Below, one piece after another: positions 26,251-39,455 of a DNA stretch of 64,000 nt. The position numbers and the translations under genes were made by a program. Location of the stretch: positions 37,944,001-38,008,000 of the forward strand of contig NC_043013.1 in NCBI RefSeq assembly GCF_006345805.1, in the 5' to 3' direction. The stretch's first letter is position 1; each line of letters begins with the position of its first letter. The notes under the pieces are model-generated. The model was not told the DNA's origin and made no database searches. It saw only the letters and a program-made list of their open reading frames with translations. Origin of the DNA: Octopus sinensis. Its lineage: Eukaryota.

Positions 26251-27562
26251 GGTCTTTATCCCATAATATGAATGGTCAGTGATATATGAGGATTTGATAT
26301 GCAGTCGATGTAGATTGAATAACCAATCGAATCTCTCTTGGAGAGGTTTTGCATGGCTTTTCTTGCTTCATGTCAACAGTAGAAACTCAGAATGGTGAAC
26401 AATTCTTGTGTATTTTTCGACCGCTTCTTACATCAACCGATAACAACTCGATTAAAGAAATAGTGTACCTCATCATGTTACCGTTTTCCAGAGCGGTCCA
26501 GTCAGGTAGTGGTGAAATATTTGGTGAATGACCGTTCAACAACTGGTATTAACTATCAAATATAAAAGACCCTCACACGTCCTGGAATAAAACAAATTGC
26601 CCGATGTTTTGTATATCAACGTATAGGGAATTTCTATATCAGTGTATGTAGTTGCTACGTGATGAAGGACAACCTAAAGATTTAGTCATTCTTGTTTGTT
26701 TGTCATATTGGATGGAGCTCCAACGTATATGAGCATGTTCAACACACCCAGAAAATCCCGAGATCAGAGATTTCTGAACCGTTGTACTTACGAGAGGACT
26801 CGGGCTAGAATCCTTGATATCTTTCTAGCTAGCTCAATAAAACGCCTTTCTCTCTGATTCAAAGGTGGTCATCGGCTGAAATTGATCAATTAATGATTTT
26901 CTTTTCCCACTTAGTTTCAGACTCTCTTCTATGCACCAGCTCAGTATTGCAATTTTAACTGTCACAGAAGTCTCTGGACACAGCAGGGCAGTGTTTTTTT
27001 TATGTTTTATGAGAGATATCGTTTCTGCCTGATGCACTTTGATGCGCATCATTTTAAAAAGCAGCATCGCTCTTTTACGTCAGCGAAATACGAAAGATCG
27101 AACAGAATGTCGGATTCAGATTGGTGGAATTCATTGGTGATCAAATTTAGAAACAATTCTTAAAGGGGTTCCTGTCGCATCTTGAAAATGTTTACAGGCC
27201 AGAAATCAACGCACGCACACACACTCACAATTATACACACAAACACACACACACACACACACACACCTCAAACACTTACATATCTACATGCAAGCGCACA
27301 CATATGAATTGTATACATAAGTGCAAAAGAACATGTGTACGTACGCAAAATTACATATATTAATATTACATGTGTGTGTATGTATGTATGTATGTATGTA
27401 TGTATGTATGTATGTATGTATGTATGTATTTATATATATGTACCTCTGCATATATGCATATATATATATATATTCTTCGCACATATACTAACATATATAT
27501 GCATACTTGCTTATATATATTGATGTATATATATATATGTGTGTGTGTGTGTGTATGTATAT

Positions 27563-27594
<32 letters not shown>

Positions 27595-28589
27595 AATATA
27601 TATATACATACATGCATACATACATACATACATACGCTTATACATGTATGCACTTATAGCAATTATTCACCAGGGCGTTGGCAGACTGGTAACATGTTAT
27701 AATATTGCGATCGTTATCTGCTTGTAGTGAGGGACACTTTTTTTTATTATTTCATATATATCTGTGCGTGTATGTGTGTGTGTGTGCGCGTGTGTGTGTA
27801 TGTATGTGTGTGCTCGTACGTATGTATGATGTATGTATTAGTATCATATTATGTTCTTGTCGTATTGTCATATCTTGGTCTTTTGTTTTTTATAGCAAAG
27901 TTGTGTCCACACGGTCGGCAGCAGCTGTTATGTCTGTCCCACTAATTTACTCTCGTGAAAACAGATATATAAATAAATAAATATACAATCTCTAATGTAA
28001 ATTGTATAAGAATAGATATGTACATATCTCACATACACAAAACAAAAAAAACACTCACACACACACACAAACTCAAACGCATCCATGCTGACTCTCAAAG
28101 ACACTGCCTAACATATGTGTACACATACATACACACTTAGAGAGGAACACCCACATATGCATCCATACACATGTACAGGTAATTCTAGACTCATACAAGT
28201 ACACGACTATAAACTCTTGATCGAAGAGCAATGTAGCTGTCGTTCATGATGTATGTGTACATAAGTATTCTCCGTCAAATGCACATACATGTACATTAGC
28301 ACACGCGCACACACATGCATACATATATATATATATATATCAATGCAGACAAACACACGATTGGGTTTAGAAGATAAATATATATCTACAAACATACAGA
28401 TATTTATACATATACTTTTGACCGTATACACACACATACGCACGCACATGCACACATACACACACATATACACACATGCACACACACATATATATATATA
28501 TATATACACTCATACGCATACACACTACCATAATACAGGTCAAAAATAACGATTTTTATTTGGAAAAATATGGATTAGGTTAATATAAC

Positions 28590-29005
28590 TCTTTTACTCT
28601 TATACTTGTATGTCATTTGACTGCGGCCATGCTGGAGCACCGCCTTTAGTCGAAAAAATCGACCCCAGAACTTATTCTTTGTAAGCCAAGTACTTATTCG
28701 ATCGGGGTCTTTTGCCGAACCGCTAAATTACGGGGACGTAACCACACCGGCATCGGTTGTCAAGCGATGGTACGGGAACAAACCAGACACAAAAATACAA
28801 CCCCATCACACACACATATATATATATATATATATACACATGCGATGGGCTTCTTTAATTTCCGTCTACCAAATCCACTCACAAGGTTTCAATTGGCCCG
28901 AGGTTATAGTAAAAGACGCTTGCCCAAGGTGTCACGCAGTAGGATTGAACCCGGAACCATGCGGTTGGGAAGAAAGCTTCTTACCGCACGGCCACTCCTG
29001 CGCCT
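28590..29005 (-). mobile_element. Family B SINE, near full length
   Basis: Same diagnostic blocks as 23790-24200; head ggcgcaggagtggccgtgcggtaagaagc. Confidence 0.9.
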
Positions 29006-29227
29006 ATAATGTGTGTGGAAGATTAAGAGATGGTTAATGACATTGACCTACTTACGGATAGCTTTTTTTTTCTTTATCTTTTCCCACTTTCATTCATTTT
29101 CCTGCGGCGCTGCTGGAGCGCCGCCTTCGTCGAATAAATTGCCACCAATGATTTTTTTCTTTTTGTTTTTTTTTCTTTAATCTGATACTTATTCATCTAT
29201 CCCCTTTTTCCTAACCGCTAAGTAACC

Positions 29228-29295
<68 letters not shown>

Positions 29296-29333
29296 CATAC
29301 ATACATACATACATATAAACATGCATACATACA

Positions 29334-29390
<57 letters not shown>

Positions 29391-29545
29391 AAAGATCCAG
29401 AGAATAATTCCAAGGTACCTAAATGTTGCTCAAGTATACTACGAAACAAAGAACACAATTGTGTTAGGGTACGCAAGTTGTAATTAGTAGAAAAAAGGGA
29501 AAATTGAAAAAGGAGACAAGGATGTTATTAAAACATTTATATCTC

Positions 29546-29641
29546 CATATCTTCTACATATGTTTCGATGGATGCATTCAAAATATGTCCAACTGGAAGA
29601 ATTATGGTCAGCTGTGCATGAATCTCATCAGGAAAAATATG
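29546..29641 (-). ncRNA. Type I hammerhead ribozyme, canonical core, long stem II, palindromic stem III
   Basis: CAUAUUUUUC-CUGAUGA-GAU UC AUGCA..UGCAU CC AUC-GAAA-CAUAUG-UA-GAAGAUAUG. All conserved core nucleotides present; 9-bp stem I with one bulge; GUA cleavage triplet (cut between 29555 and 29554). Confidence 0.8.
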
Positions 29642-29787
29642 AACAACACTCATTAAATAGACATTTTATAGATATAGGAAGCCCTAGAAAATGTGACTTA
29701 TTTATATTCATATGCACGCACAGGTACACGCACGCATATATGCAACATGCGTATATAAACACACACACACACACAAATATATATATA

Positions 29788-29818
<31 letters not shown>

Positions 29819-29847
29819 CGTACATATATACGTACACACACGCACGC

Positions 29848-29910
<63 letters not shown>

Positions 29911-30422
29911 ACATATCTATCCATATTTATATTTTACTACCACGAACATGTTTGTATGCAAACATATACACACGTTCACATACACACACAAGAGCATACA
30001 CTTACCGAAATATACATGGACACAAATACATACTTACATACACAGATACACATTCACTTAAGCGCATATACGCATTTGTATACAAACATATCATACATAT
30101 ATACAGGAGCAAAACCAGATATATACACATGTATGTATATACACATATATATATAGCCAAGTATTGATGGAACGCTAAAAATTTAAAAGTTTCGTTAAGG
30201 AAATGTACTCCATAGGGTGAGAGAAGAAAAGGTATAGAAAGAGAGGTAAGAGGAAGAAGAGAAAACACGGTAAAAAGAGGGGAGAGAGAGAGGAGAGAGT
30301 AACGAGTAAAATTGCATAGATAAAGGTAGAAAGAGAGAAAAAAAGGAGGAATAAATGTTATGGAAAGATAGAAAAATAAAGAAAAGATAATTTGCATGGT
30401 TCCGAGTTCAGTGTCACTACTT

Positions 30423-31969
30423 TTATTCATCAAATTTGCCATGAAGGCAGTACATAGATGTAGCTTTTGCGGGCTGGACGTAGACATTGATGGTATGAAT
30501 GATGGTGATGGAACAAAGATGGTGTTGGGAGAAGACGAAAGCGCCCGCCGACTTCCGCTTCTCTAAGACAATGTTCTTTTTTCAAAAAATTCAAAAAGTC
30601 ACAAAATTTCACAAAAGTCACAATGAGGCAATGAACCTCTTTCTCAATCTGATACAATTTTTCTATTTGAAACATTCAAAATGTTCAAGTAACCCGGCCG
30701 ACCAGCACTATTGCTTCTTTGAGGCAATCATTCTTTGTCAGGCCGTACCATGCAGGTATAAATTGAAAGCAGTCCTCCGGGAAGGACTTCACGATCCTGC
30801 ACAGATCGCTATCCCATAGGACCTCCGCAGCCACCTGCGAAGGCCACTCAGGGTCCTCCGTGCAGGACTGAAGTCTCTCCCATTGGCCTCTCCTTTCCAT
30901 TTTTCTATCTCGTTTTCAAGCGTTCCTCCTTTGTGGAAGAGGACCACATATTGATCCTCCGGCGGCACACCCGCCTGAGGAGACTTGGGAGGCGCCGTCT
31001 GCGTGTTACAATCCGCCGGCGGCGTCCCGTTTCTTTTTTTTCTTTTTTTTTCCTTTTTTCCCTGAGCCGCGGGAAAGTGAGGTTCCTGTGTTGCACACAA
31101 TGGGTCCTCTCTTTCTCCCGCAGCTCCCGGGTCTTTCGGTGGGTCACCATTGTTGCCCATTTTTCTTTTTTTTTTTTGAGTATGTAGCAATTTCCTCGTT
31201 CTGTTTCTCTCCCTCCATTGGGGGAGCAGGGAGATATTCCACCATTAACTGCTTCAGGATCCTACTTTGGTCCCTGGGGCAGTTCTTCTTAATGTGACAC
31301 AGGTGACACTTGGTGGGGGGGAGCGTCCCTCAAGCATCACCGGATACCTGGACCCGGCCATCCTCAAGAAATCTGGAAAAACCAGACTTTTGGCTGATTG
31401 GGTCCATAGGGTCAAAACAGCTTTCGACCCTTCCCAATCAGCCGTAGGCAACATTTTTACATTTAGCTGCTTGGCACTGCTACCACCCAGACCCCGGCGG
31501 ATAGAGTCCTCTATCCACTCGGGCTCAACTCCGGGTGGTATGCCGCAGATCCAAGCCCTCAATAATTTTTCTCCCATATAGTTTGAGAGAAACAATATTT
31601 CTTTGCCCTCAAGGGGCTGGCTTGCAAAGTTGCAAGCTTCTTTTGGGGAGTCAAATAGCAATCAGACCGTTGCGTATTTCACTCCCCGTGAGATAAATTT
31701 AACGGCTGGCATGCAGTCCACCAGCTCGTTTAAAATCTGTGGCCTTCGGGAAGACGGCTATGGTGTCGAGCGACTTCGAATAAGTCCTCAACACCACGGT
31801 CTTCCTTTCCAGCTCTTTTAAATATTTTTGGGGAGGTGTTAGGTCCCACACAATAAATTCCTTTGCCATTTCGAAACGGAATCCAATTAAAGTTCAAAAG
31901 TGTAAGAAAATAAATAAGATACAACAGGGAGAAAGGAAAACACAACAGAAGAGAAGAATTACATAATTT
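30423..31969 (-). mobile_element. ORF1-only (HAL1-like) L1/Tx1-type retroposon with 16-bp TSD
   Basis: Exact TSD ttcagtgtcactactt at 30407-30422 and 31970-31985. Frameshifted ORF1 runs from ATG 31869 (MAKEFIVWDL..) through FDSPKEA..GIPPGV..EGR..CHLC-HIKKNCP to ~30685. AATAAA at the 3' end; no endonuclease or RT sequence seen. Confidence 0.75.
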
Positions 31970-32395
31970 TTCAGTGTCACTACTTGCCACCTCGGGCACA
32001 TGTCTTTTCTATGGCCTCGGAGCGACCAACATTTTGCGAGTGGCTTTGATAGACGGAAAGTGAAACCGACCAATCATAATACACATAGATATGTTCGTGC
32101 GTGTGTGTGTATGAGTTTGTATGCGTGCGCGTCCCTGCGTGTGTATGTGTGTGTTTGTGCGTGCTTCTTTTCGTCTTTGTCTCTCTTTTTCTGTGGCCCT
32201 ACCACTGCTTGACACCTGGTTTGTCCCTATTTTTGTCGTCGTAACCTAGCTGCTTAGCTAAAAATTTGCAATACAATAAGTACCAGACATTCAAAAGTAA
32301 GTACCGTTGTCGATTTACTAAACAAGACCATTCAAGGTGGTGTCCCAGCATGGTTGAAGTCCGATCAGTGAAAGAAATATTAAAGAAAAAAAAGA
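31970..32395 (+). mobile_element. Degenerate family B SINE, host of the 30423-31969 insertion (left part at 30394-30422)
   Basis: catggttccgagttcagtgtcactactt (left) continues as ttcagtgtcactacttgccacctcgggcacatgtctt...gatagacggaaagtgaaa (right). Confidence 0.75.
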
Positions 32396-32414
32396 TTGAT
32401 ATTTTGGGGAGAAG

Positions 32415-32830
32415 AGGCGGCGAGCTGGCAGAAACGGTAGCGCACGCCGGGCGAAATGCTTAGCGCTATTTCGTCTGTATTTACGTTCTGAGTTCAAGTT
32501 CTGCCGAGGTCGACTTTGCCTTTCATCCTTTCGGGGTCGATAAATTAAGTACCAGTTATGCACTGGGGTCGATATAATCGCCTTAATCCGTTTGTCTGTC
32601 CTTGTTTGTCCCTTCTATGTTTAGCCCTTTGTGGGCATTAAAGAAATAAGAAGCCTTAGCACGCCGGGCGAAATGCTTAGCACTATTTCATCTGTCTTGA
32701 GTTCAAATTCCGCCGAGGTCGACTTTGCCTTTCATCCTTTCATGCTCGATAAATTAAGTACCAATTGCGTATTGTGATCGATATAATTGACTGGCTCTCC
32801 CTCCCCCAAAATCCCAGGCCTTATGCCTAG
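32415..32830 (+). mobile_element. Family A SINE, dimeric
   Basis: ggcggcgagctggcagaaacggtagcgcacgccgggcgaaatgc; second unit after junction aagaaataagaagccttagcacgcc (~32640). Confidence 0.88.
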
Positions 32831-33813
32831 AGCAGATAAAAAAATATTTTCGAAAAGAAATGAAATACCTAGCGGAAATAGCAAGCAACTATCAAAGAAA
32901 AGTGGAGATAATTTTGAAGGAATTAAAAATAATTTCTCGAGTTATTTTACATGCTTCACGAATGTCTTTTTGTCTAAGTATTGCTCTGGGTGTGGATGTA
33001 ATAGCATTGTCAGAGCATGTATCTTCTGGTGTAAATTTCTGTGTGTCTTTTATTAGGTTTGCTGTGCTTTTTCTTTTATATACACAAGTGATTGTGTATC
33101 GGTGTTTTTATTTGTATGTTCGATTGATTTCAGGTCACTTGGTGTATGTGCGTGTGTGCGTGTGTATAAGAAAATTAGTATGTATGTGTGTGTGTGAGAG
33201 AGAGTGGGGGGGAAGAGGGAGTATGTCTGCATGTCAGGGCAACAGAGTGAGTGAGTGCGTGTGTGTATATGTATCTGTGTCTTCTTTTATATGCCGGGTA
33301 GAAACAGCGTGTTGTACTTGTGTTTGTGTGTGTGTAAGAGTCAGAGATAGATAGTGTGTGTGAGTGTATGACAGACACAAAGAGTGAGTAAATGATAGTG
33401 TGTGTGTGTGTGTGTGAGTGTGTTTGTGTGCATGAGTTTGTGAATTTGAACTCATTTCTTTATATAATTGTGTGTGTAACGAGGCTGCAAAACAGCCAAA
33501 TCTAGTTCGCTTGACCTGTTCTTAACATAGCTAAAAGCCCTCGAATGTCACCGGATACCTTTTTAAAACAAGATAGCACGTTGGATAATACCCTAAATTT
33601 TTCTAAAGAAGAAGTTGAGATGACAACGTCTGGAATACTCTGACCTGTGATTTACTTAAACAGGTAAACTTAATCAAAAACTGGTAAACAGAGGCAAAAT
33701 ACCAGCTATGCTACTGAAACCATCAACATATACACAAGAATGAAGATACATTTTCTCCGTGTATGTGTACGAGTGCGTGTGTTTGTTTGTGCGCGCACGC
33801 CCGTGTGTGTGTG

Positions 33814-33855
<42 letters not shown>

Positions 33856-33879
33856 TGTGTGTGTGTCTGTGTGTGCGTG

Positions 33880-35275
33880 CACATTCTGTGACTTCATGTC
33901 ATTTAACAGGGAGCCTTGTTTCCAAGGCGATCCCAAGCCACATACATTTATACAACATATTCTGAGCATGATCCTCTCGAAGGTTGCTTTACACACGAAA
34001 GGAAGACGAAAGAAAATGAAAGAGGGAGAGAGAGGGAGAGACAGAGTCACTTACTGTCCGAAAGTTGTTTGTCCTTCCCTTCAAAATCTTCTCCCAGGTT
34101 TTTTGTACAGTTTTTTAGAGTGGTATTTTTGAAATCTCCCAACTGCAATCGTGTAGAGAGATTTCAGTGTATTGTGTGTGTTCTGTGTTATTTGTATGAT
34201 TTTAATATGTTGTGGTGGTGTTGTGTGTGGGTGATTATTCGTTTTAGTATCATTTTCTGTAATGCTGGTGCTTGACCTAATGCATTCCATTAGTTCTGGA
34301 TTGTTAGTGTTTATAGCTGTCAACATTTTTGGGCCATTTGGTGTTCGTGTGTTTGTGATAATGCTTTTGTTTTCGACGGGTGTTTTGGTTTCGGGAGTGG
34401 TAAACCTCGCTGCTTTGTTTGTCTGCTTCTCAATTCTTTTTCCCCTTTTTCTTCTTCCCCCTGTGGTTACTTACCAATTCTGTGTCGTCTTCACCTGACG
34501 ACGCGTGGGAGGATTCAGAAAGTGAGAGGGGGAGAATATTGGGATCTATTTCTGAGGGTGTTAATGTTGATTTTGTTGGTGTTAGTGCTTGTTGGTGACA
34601 GTTGGGATGTGGTGTATGGGTTTTGGGGGATGGAGTATGAGTCCTGTTGTTTTTCTCTTCTTCTTTTGGAGTTGTTGTTGTTGGTCGTGGTGGTGATGGT
34701 ATTGTTTCTGTTCTTGGTGGCGCTGATGGTAGTGTCGTTTGGTTGGGCTGGCTTGTTGGTTTTATCAGTTGTGCATATGGCAGTGTGGGTAGCAGTGCTG
34801 GTTTATTTCTTGATTTTTGGTTTTCTTTTTGTGGTTGTGGTTGTCGTTCTTGTTGTTTCTGTGCTAATGGGCAATTGATTTTTAGGTGTGATTTGCTACC
34901 ACAAACGTAGCAACGTGGCTTTCTGCCTTCGCCGGCCACATGCAAATTCGAACCGTCTGCCAGTTTGATAAGACGTGGAATCCTTTCAAAGCTGATTGGA
35001 TCAACTTGAGCAAGGATTTTCACTCCTTGGCAAATCTAGTTTTGCTGGACTAGGATAGCGACTTCCAAGATGTGGATTGCCTCCTCGATATCATAACAAA
35101 TGGTAGACAAAGGCTATTTTATTTGTATCTCATTTTATTTTTGTAACCATACGACCAAGGTATGTAGGAATCATCATTAGGTCCTCGCATTCCAATGACT
35201 TCGTGGATGGATCCTTGGCTCGTTCTTCACAGTCGAATGTGACTTCGATCATGGCAATTTTTTCCTCTGGTGATG
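33880..35275 (-). mobile_element. L1/Tx1-type LINE 5' portion: decayed ORF1 plus start of ORF2 endonuclease
   Basis: CCHC knuckle CYVCGSKSHLKINC (34871-34912). Upstream IEVTFDCEERA..PTYLGR is homologous to the 31254-31661 ORF. ORF2-like start MLRICCINVCGLGSPWKQGSLL at ATG 33969 (APE N-terminal NVxGL..K motif) is cut by (CA)n. Confidence 0.8.
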
Positions 35276-35289
35276 TATATATTATATAT

Positions 35290-35297
35290 ATATATAT

Positions 35298-35339
<42 letters not shown>

Positions 35340-35376
35340 GAAATCATAAATACATAGATAGAATGATTGATAGAAT

Positions 35377-35434
<58 letters not shown>

Positions 35435-35459
35435 GATATATAGATAGATAGATAGATAG

Positions 35460-35511
<52 letters not shown>

Positions 35512-35555
35512 AGATATGAAATCATAAATACATAGATAGAATGATTGATAGAATG

Positions 35556-35560
<5 letters not shown>
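35290..35560. repeat. (AGAT)n compound tract; continues at 36770-37150 beyond the Helitron
   Basis: Shared gatagaatgattgatag variant units on both sides of 35592-36760. Confidence 0.9.
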
Positions 35561-35589
<29 letters not shown>

Positions 35590-35591
35590 TA

Positions 35592-36760
35592 TCTTATTAT
35601 AAAAGGCAGATTTTATCTGCCTCCCTTTGTCAGTTATAGAAATCTACAATATAGGATTTCTTCAATTACAATTACCTAGCATTTTTAAGAGTAGAATGCA
35701 TCGGGTTTTGCCAGGTCCAGTTTTTAAAATTTAAACTCCAATTAAGCAAAATTTACAGAAAACTCACATTCTGGTGTGTATGTCAAATGCTTTTCTTAGT
35801 CTGGTTTACAGCACACGCAAACGCACACACACAGTGTGCAACGAATAAAGTGAAACTAGATGTAATATTTGTTTCTGTCTATCACGCAGTTAGATACATG
35901 AGTAAAATGTATGGCAAGCTAACAGATAAGAGTGAGTGAAAATGTTCTTGGAAGAGAGTAAATAGCGACAGAGTGATTTGAGGAAGACTAAACTGAAAGT
36001 ATGAATCAGTGTTTATGTATAAACAGACGACACTTATATAAACCCTTTCGTTACCAAACCGCCCGAATTTACCTATTCATATTTAAATGAGAATATCAGA
36101 GTAAATCTCTTTAGTACATTCGTGAAAACACGTATTATACTTCGTAAACACTTCAAATACAGTTTTGTACAAAAATCGAAGTGTAATTTTAATTCCGTGA
36201 ATTATGGGAGATTTTTTCCGAAATTTGTTCCTATTGTGTTTTCAAAATTTGTAATTCTGACAAAAAATGGATACGAATTTCATTATATCAAGCATCGAGT
36301 CAGAATTCGAAGGATTTTCTACTGAAGACCTTCATAAATCTAACTCTATGACTGAAAAAATAAAGCATCTTTATATAAGAGTGAAGTTGTGTGTCTGTCT
36401 CCTACGATTTAGATTCGTAACTACTCCCACATTTTGCGGTGCAGTTTAACCAAAAGCGGGTATCTTATAGTCGTGATTCATATCGAGCCCTTCTGGGTAT
36501 TAGCGCGCGTCTACGATGAGTCTACGATTTAAAAAAAATTTACCATCATATTTTTCCATTTTAATGCATTTTTTTCGCTTTTATATAAGGGAAGTAACTC
36601 TCTAAAAATATCTACGATATGTCAACGATTTTAAAAAAAATTACCTTAATTTTTTTTCAATTTTTAATGCATTTTTTTGCTATTTTTTGGCTATAACTCT
36701 CTAAAAATGCTTATATAGTTATTCCTTTACAACCCGAGCAACGCCGGGCGATACTGCTAG
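35592..36760 (+). mobile_element. Composite non-autonomous Helitron
   Basis: A|TCTTATTATAAAAGGCAG 5' end; hairpin cccg-agcaacgc-cggg (36733-36748), then CTAG|T; second 5'-like end A|TCTTTATATAAGAG at 36368. Confidence 0.8.
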
Positions 36761-36797
36761 TATATATATATATATATATAATATATATATAATATAT

Positions 36798-36845
<48 letters not shown>

Positions 36846-36846
36846 T

Positions 36847-36907
<61 letters not shown>

Positions 36908-37050
36908 CAGATAGATGGACTGATAGAAGGATAGATAGAATGATAGATAGAATGACAGATAGAATGCTAGATAGATAGATAGAATGATTGATAGATAGAT
37001 AGATTGATGGATAGATAGAATGATGTATACGTAAATAGATAAATAGATAA

Positions 37051-37151
<101 letters not shown>

Positions 37152-37978
37152 ATAATAGATTGATAAAAAGCTGTGTCTTTCTCTGTGTGTGTCCATGTTT
37201 TTATATATGTACGTGTGAAAGTGCGAATGAGTGTGTATTTCTGTGTCTGTATCTATATCTTTCTCTACATAATCTTCAGCGTCCAAGTGTTATTATCTCC
37301 CTTTATTTTCGGCTCGGTCACATAAAAAAACCCAATGATATATGGGATAGTTTCACATAAATACGGCAAATTTTATATAACCATTTTATGACATATTTGA
37401 CATTTATGTGGGGTTTCATTAACATCACATAATTGTATATGTGTGTGTTTTTGCGATGTGTATATGTATGAGCGTGTACGCGTTTGTAAGTGTGAGTGTG
37501 GTTGTGTGTATCTTTGAGTAGTTGCCAGTGTATGTAGGGAAATTTCTATATACAAGTATACACACATCAATGTGCATGCTTCATTATTTTTACCATTCTC
37601 TCTCTATATATATATCTGTCTCTCTGTCTGTCTGTCTGTCTCTCTCGATATATATACACAAACATACATGCATATATATATGTATATTATATATATATAT
37701 ATAAATATATGTATGTATATACATATACAGCATATATATGAATATATATACATATGCACATATATACATATATGCACATATACATATTCGTGTATGCATG
37801 TATGTTTGTATATGTATATATATATATGTGTGTGTGTGTGTGTATGTCTGCGTCTGCGTCTGTGTGTGTATGTACGTATATATATATAAACAAGTGAGAA
37901 GAAATTTATATATATTACGTGTGTTTATTTGGCAAAAATATATAAATAAATGAATAAATAAAATGACCATCCCGAAAT

Positions 37979-38083
<105 letters not shown>

Positions 38084-38149
38084 CACATCCATATATATGT
38101 ATATATATATACGTATGTATGTATATATGTATGTATATGTATGCATACA

Positions 38150-38183
<34 letters not shown>

Positions 38184-39089
38184 AATATATAAATATAGAC
38201 GTATGTACATATATATATATGTACACACACATACTTATGCATATATAGAAATTATCATCATCACCACCATCATCATCATCATCATCATCATCATCACCAT
38301 CATCACCACCGTCATCAGTGTCACATTCATAACACTTCATTCATTTTCTTAGTAGGTTACTTTGTATTTCGAGCCCTTTTTTTTATTTTTTAAATTTTTT
38401 TATCAAGTACTGAAGAATTTTTGCCATTTTTCTTTTATGGCTGTAATTTCATATATATATATATTTATTTTTTTGTTCTTTTAAACCTAGAAAAAGCTTA
38501 TGTTGTCTTAATAACATAATTATAGCTGTCATTATTATTGTTTATTATTGCTATTAATATTGTTAATGTTGTATGTACTATTGTTTTGCCAACTGTTGTT
38601 TTCTTACATTTTTATTCTTATTACATCGAAAATTTCGTTTACGTTTTCATATCACTTCTAGAATGCTGTCAGTGGGTATGGGGTGTGTCTACTGAGCATT
38701 TCTTATTAGTTCAAGCATTTATGGTTCCCAGTACCACAGTACTTGTTCAGCCTATCTACTTTGCGATCGGGTTTCAATTACCGAATGAAGCTATGTTATT
38801 TCACTTATGAAAGGCATAAAATTGTCAGAATCATATATATATTCTGTAATGAATTTAGGATCTGCTCACAGTGTTCAAAATTGTTATTACATTATAGGAA
38901 GGTACTTGAATGATAGAGCGTCAGATAAAATTCTTATATACTACAGAGCAATTAGCTGTGTTTGAAAACCGATTGAACTGTTTTGCTCTAAAATATGACA
39001 CTTCAATCTAGCAAGATAAGGATGACCTTTATGTACTCACTTGATCTGCTGGAAACGGCAGTCAAATCTATAATTCTCAAACTACTATA

Positions 39090-39455
39090 CTCTTTTACTT
39101 GTTTCAGTCATTTGACTGCGGCCATTCTGGAGCACCGCCTTTAGTCGAGCAAATCGACCCCGGGACTTATTCTTTGTAAGCCCAGTACTTATTCTATCGG
39201 TGTCTTTTTCCGAACCGGTTGTCAAGCAATGCTAAGGGGACAAACACAGACACACAAACACACACATACATACACATATATACATATATACGACAGGCTT
39301 CTTTCAGTTTCCGTCTACCAAATCCACTTACAAGGCATTGGTCGGCCCGGGGCTATAGCAGAAGACACTTGCCCAAGATGCCACGCAGTGGGACTGAACC
39401 CGGAACCATGTGGTTGGTTAGCAAGCTACTTACCACACAGCCACTCCTGCGCCTA
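39090..39455 (-). mobile_element. Family B SINE, near full length
   Basis: Diagnostic blocks; head ggcgcaggagtggctgtgtggtaagtagc. Confidence 0.9.

Noticed and set aside
29560-30156. 198-aa plus-strand ORF with a non-repetitive N-terminus
   Set aside because: The N-terminal part is the antisense of the hammerhead element and the remainder is microsatellite.
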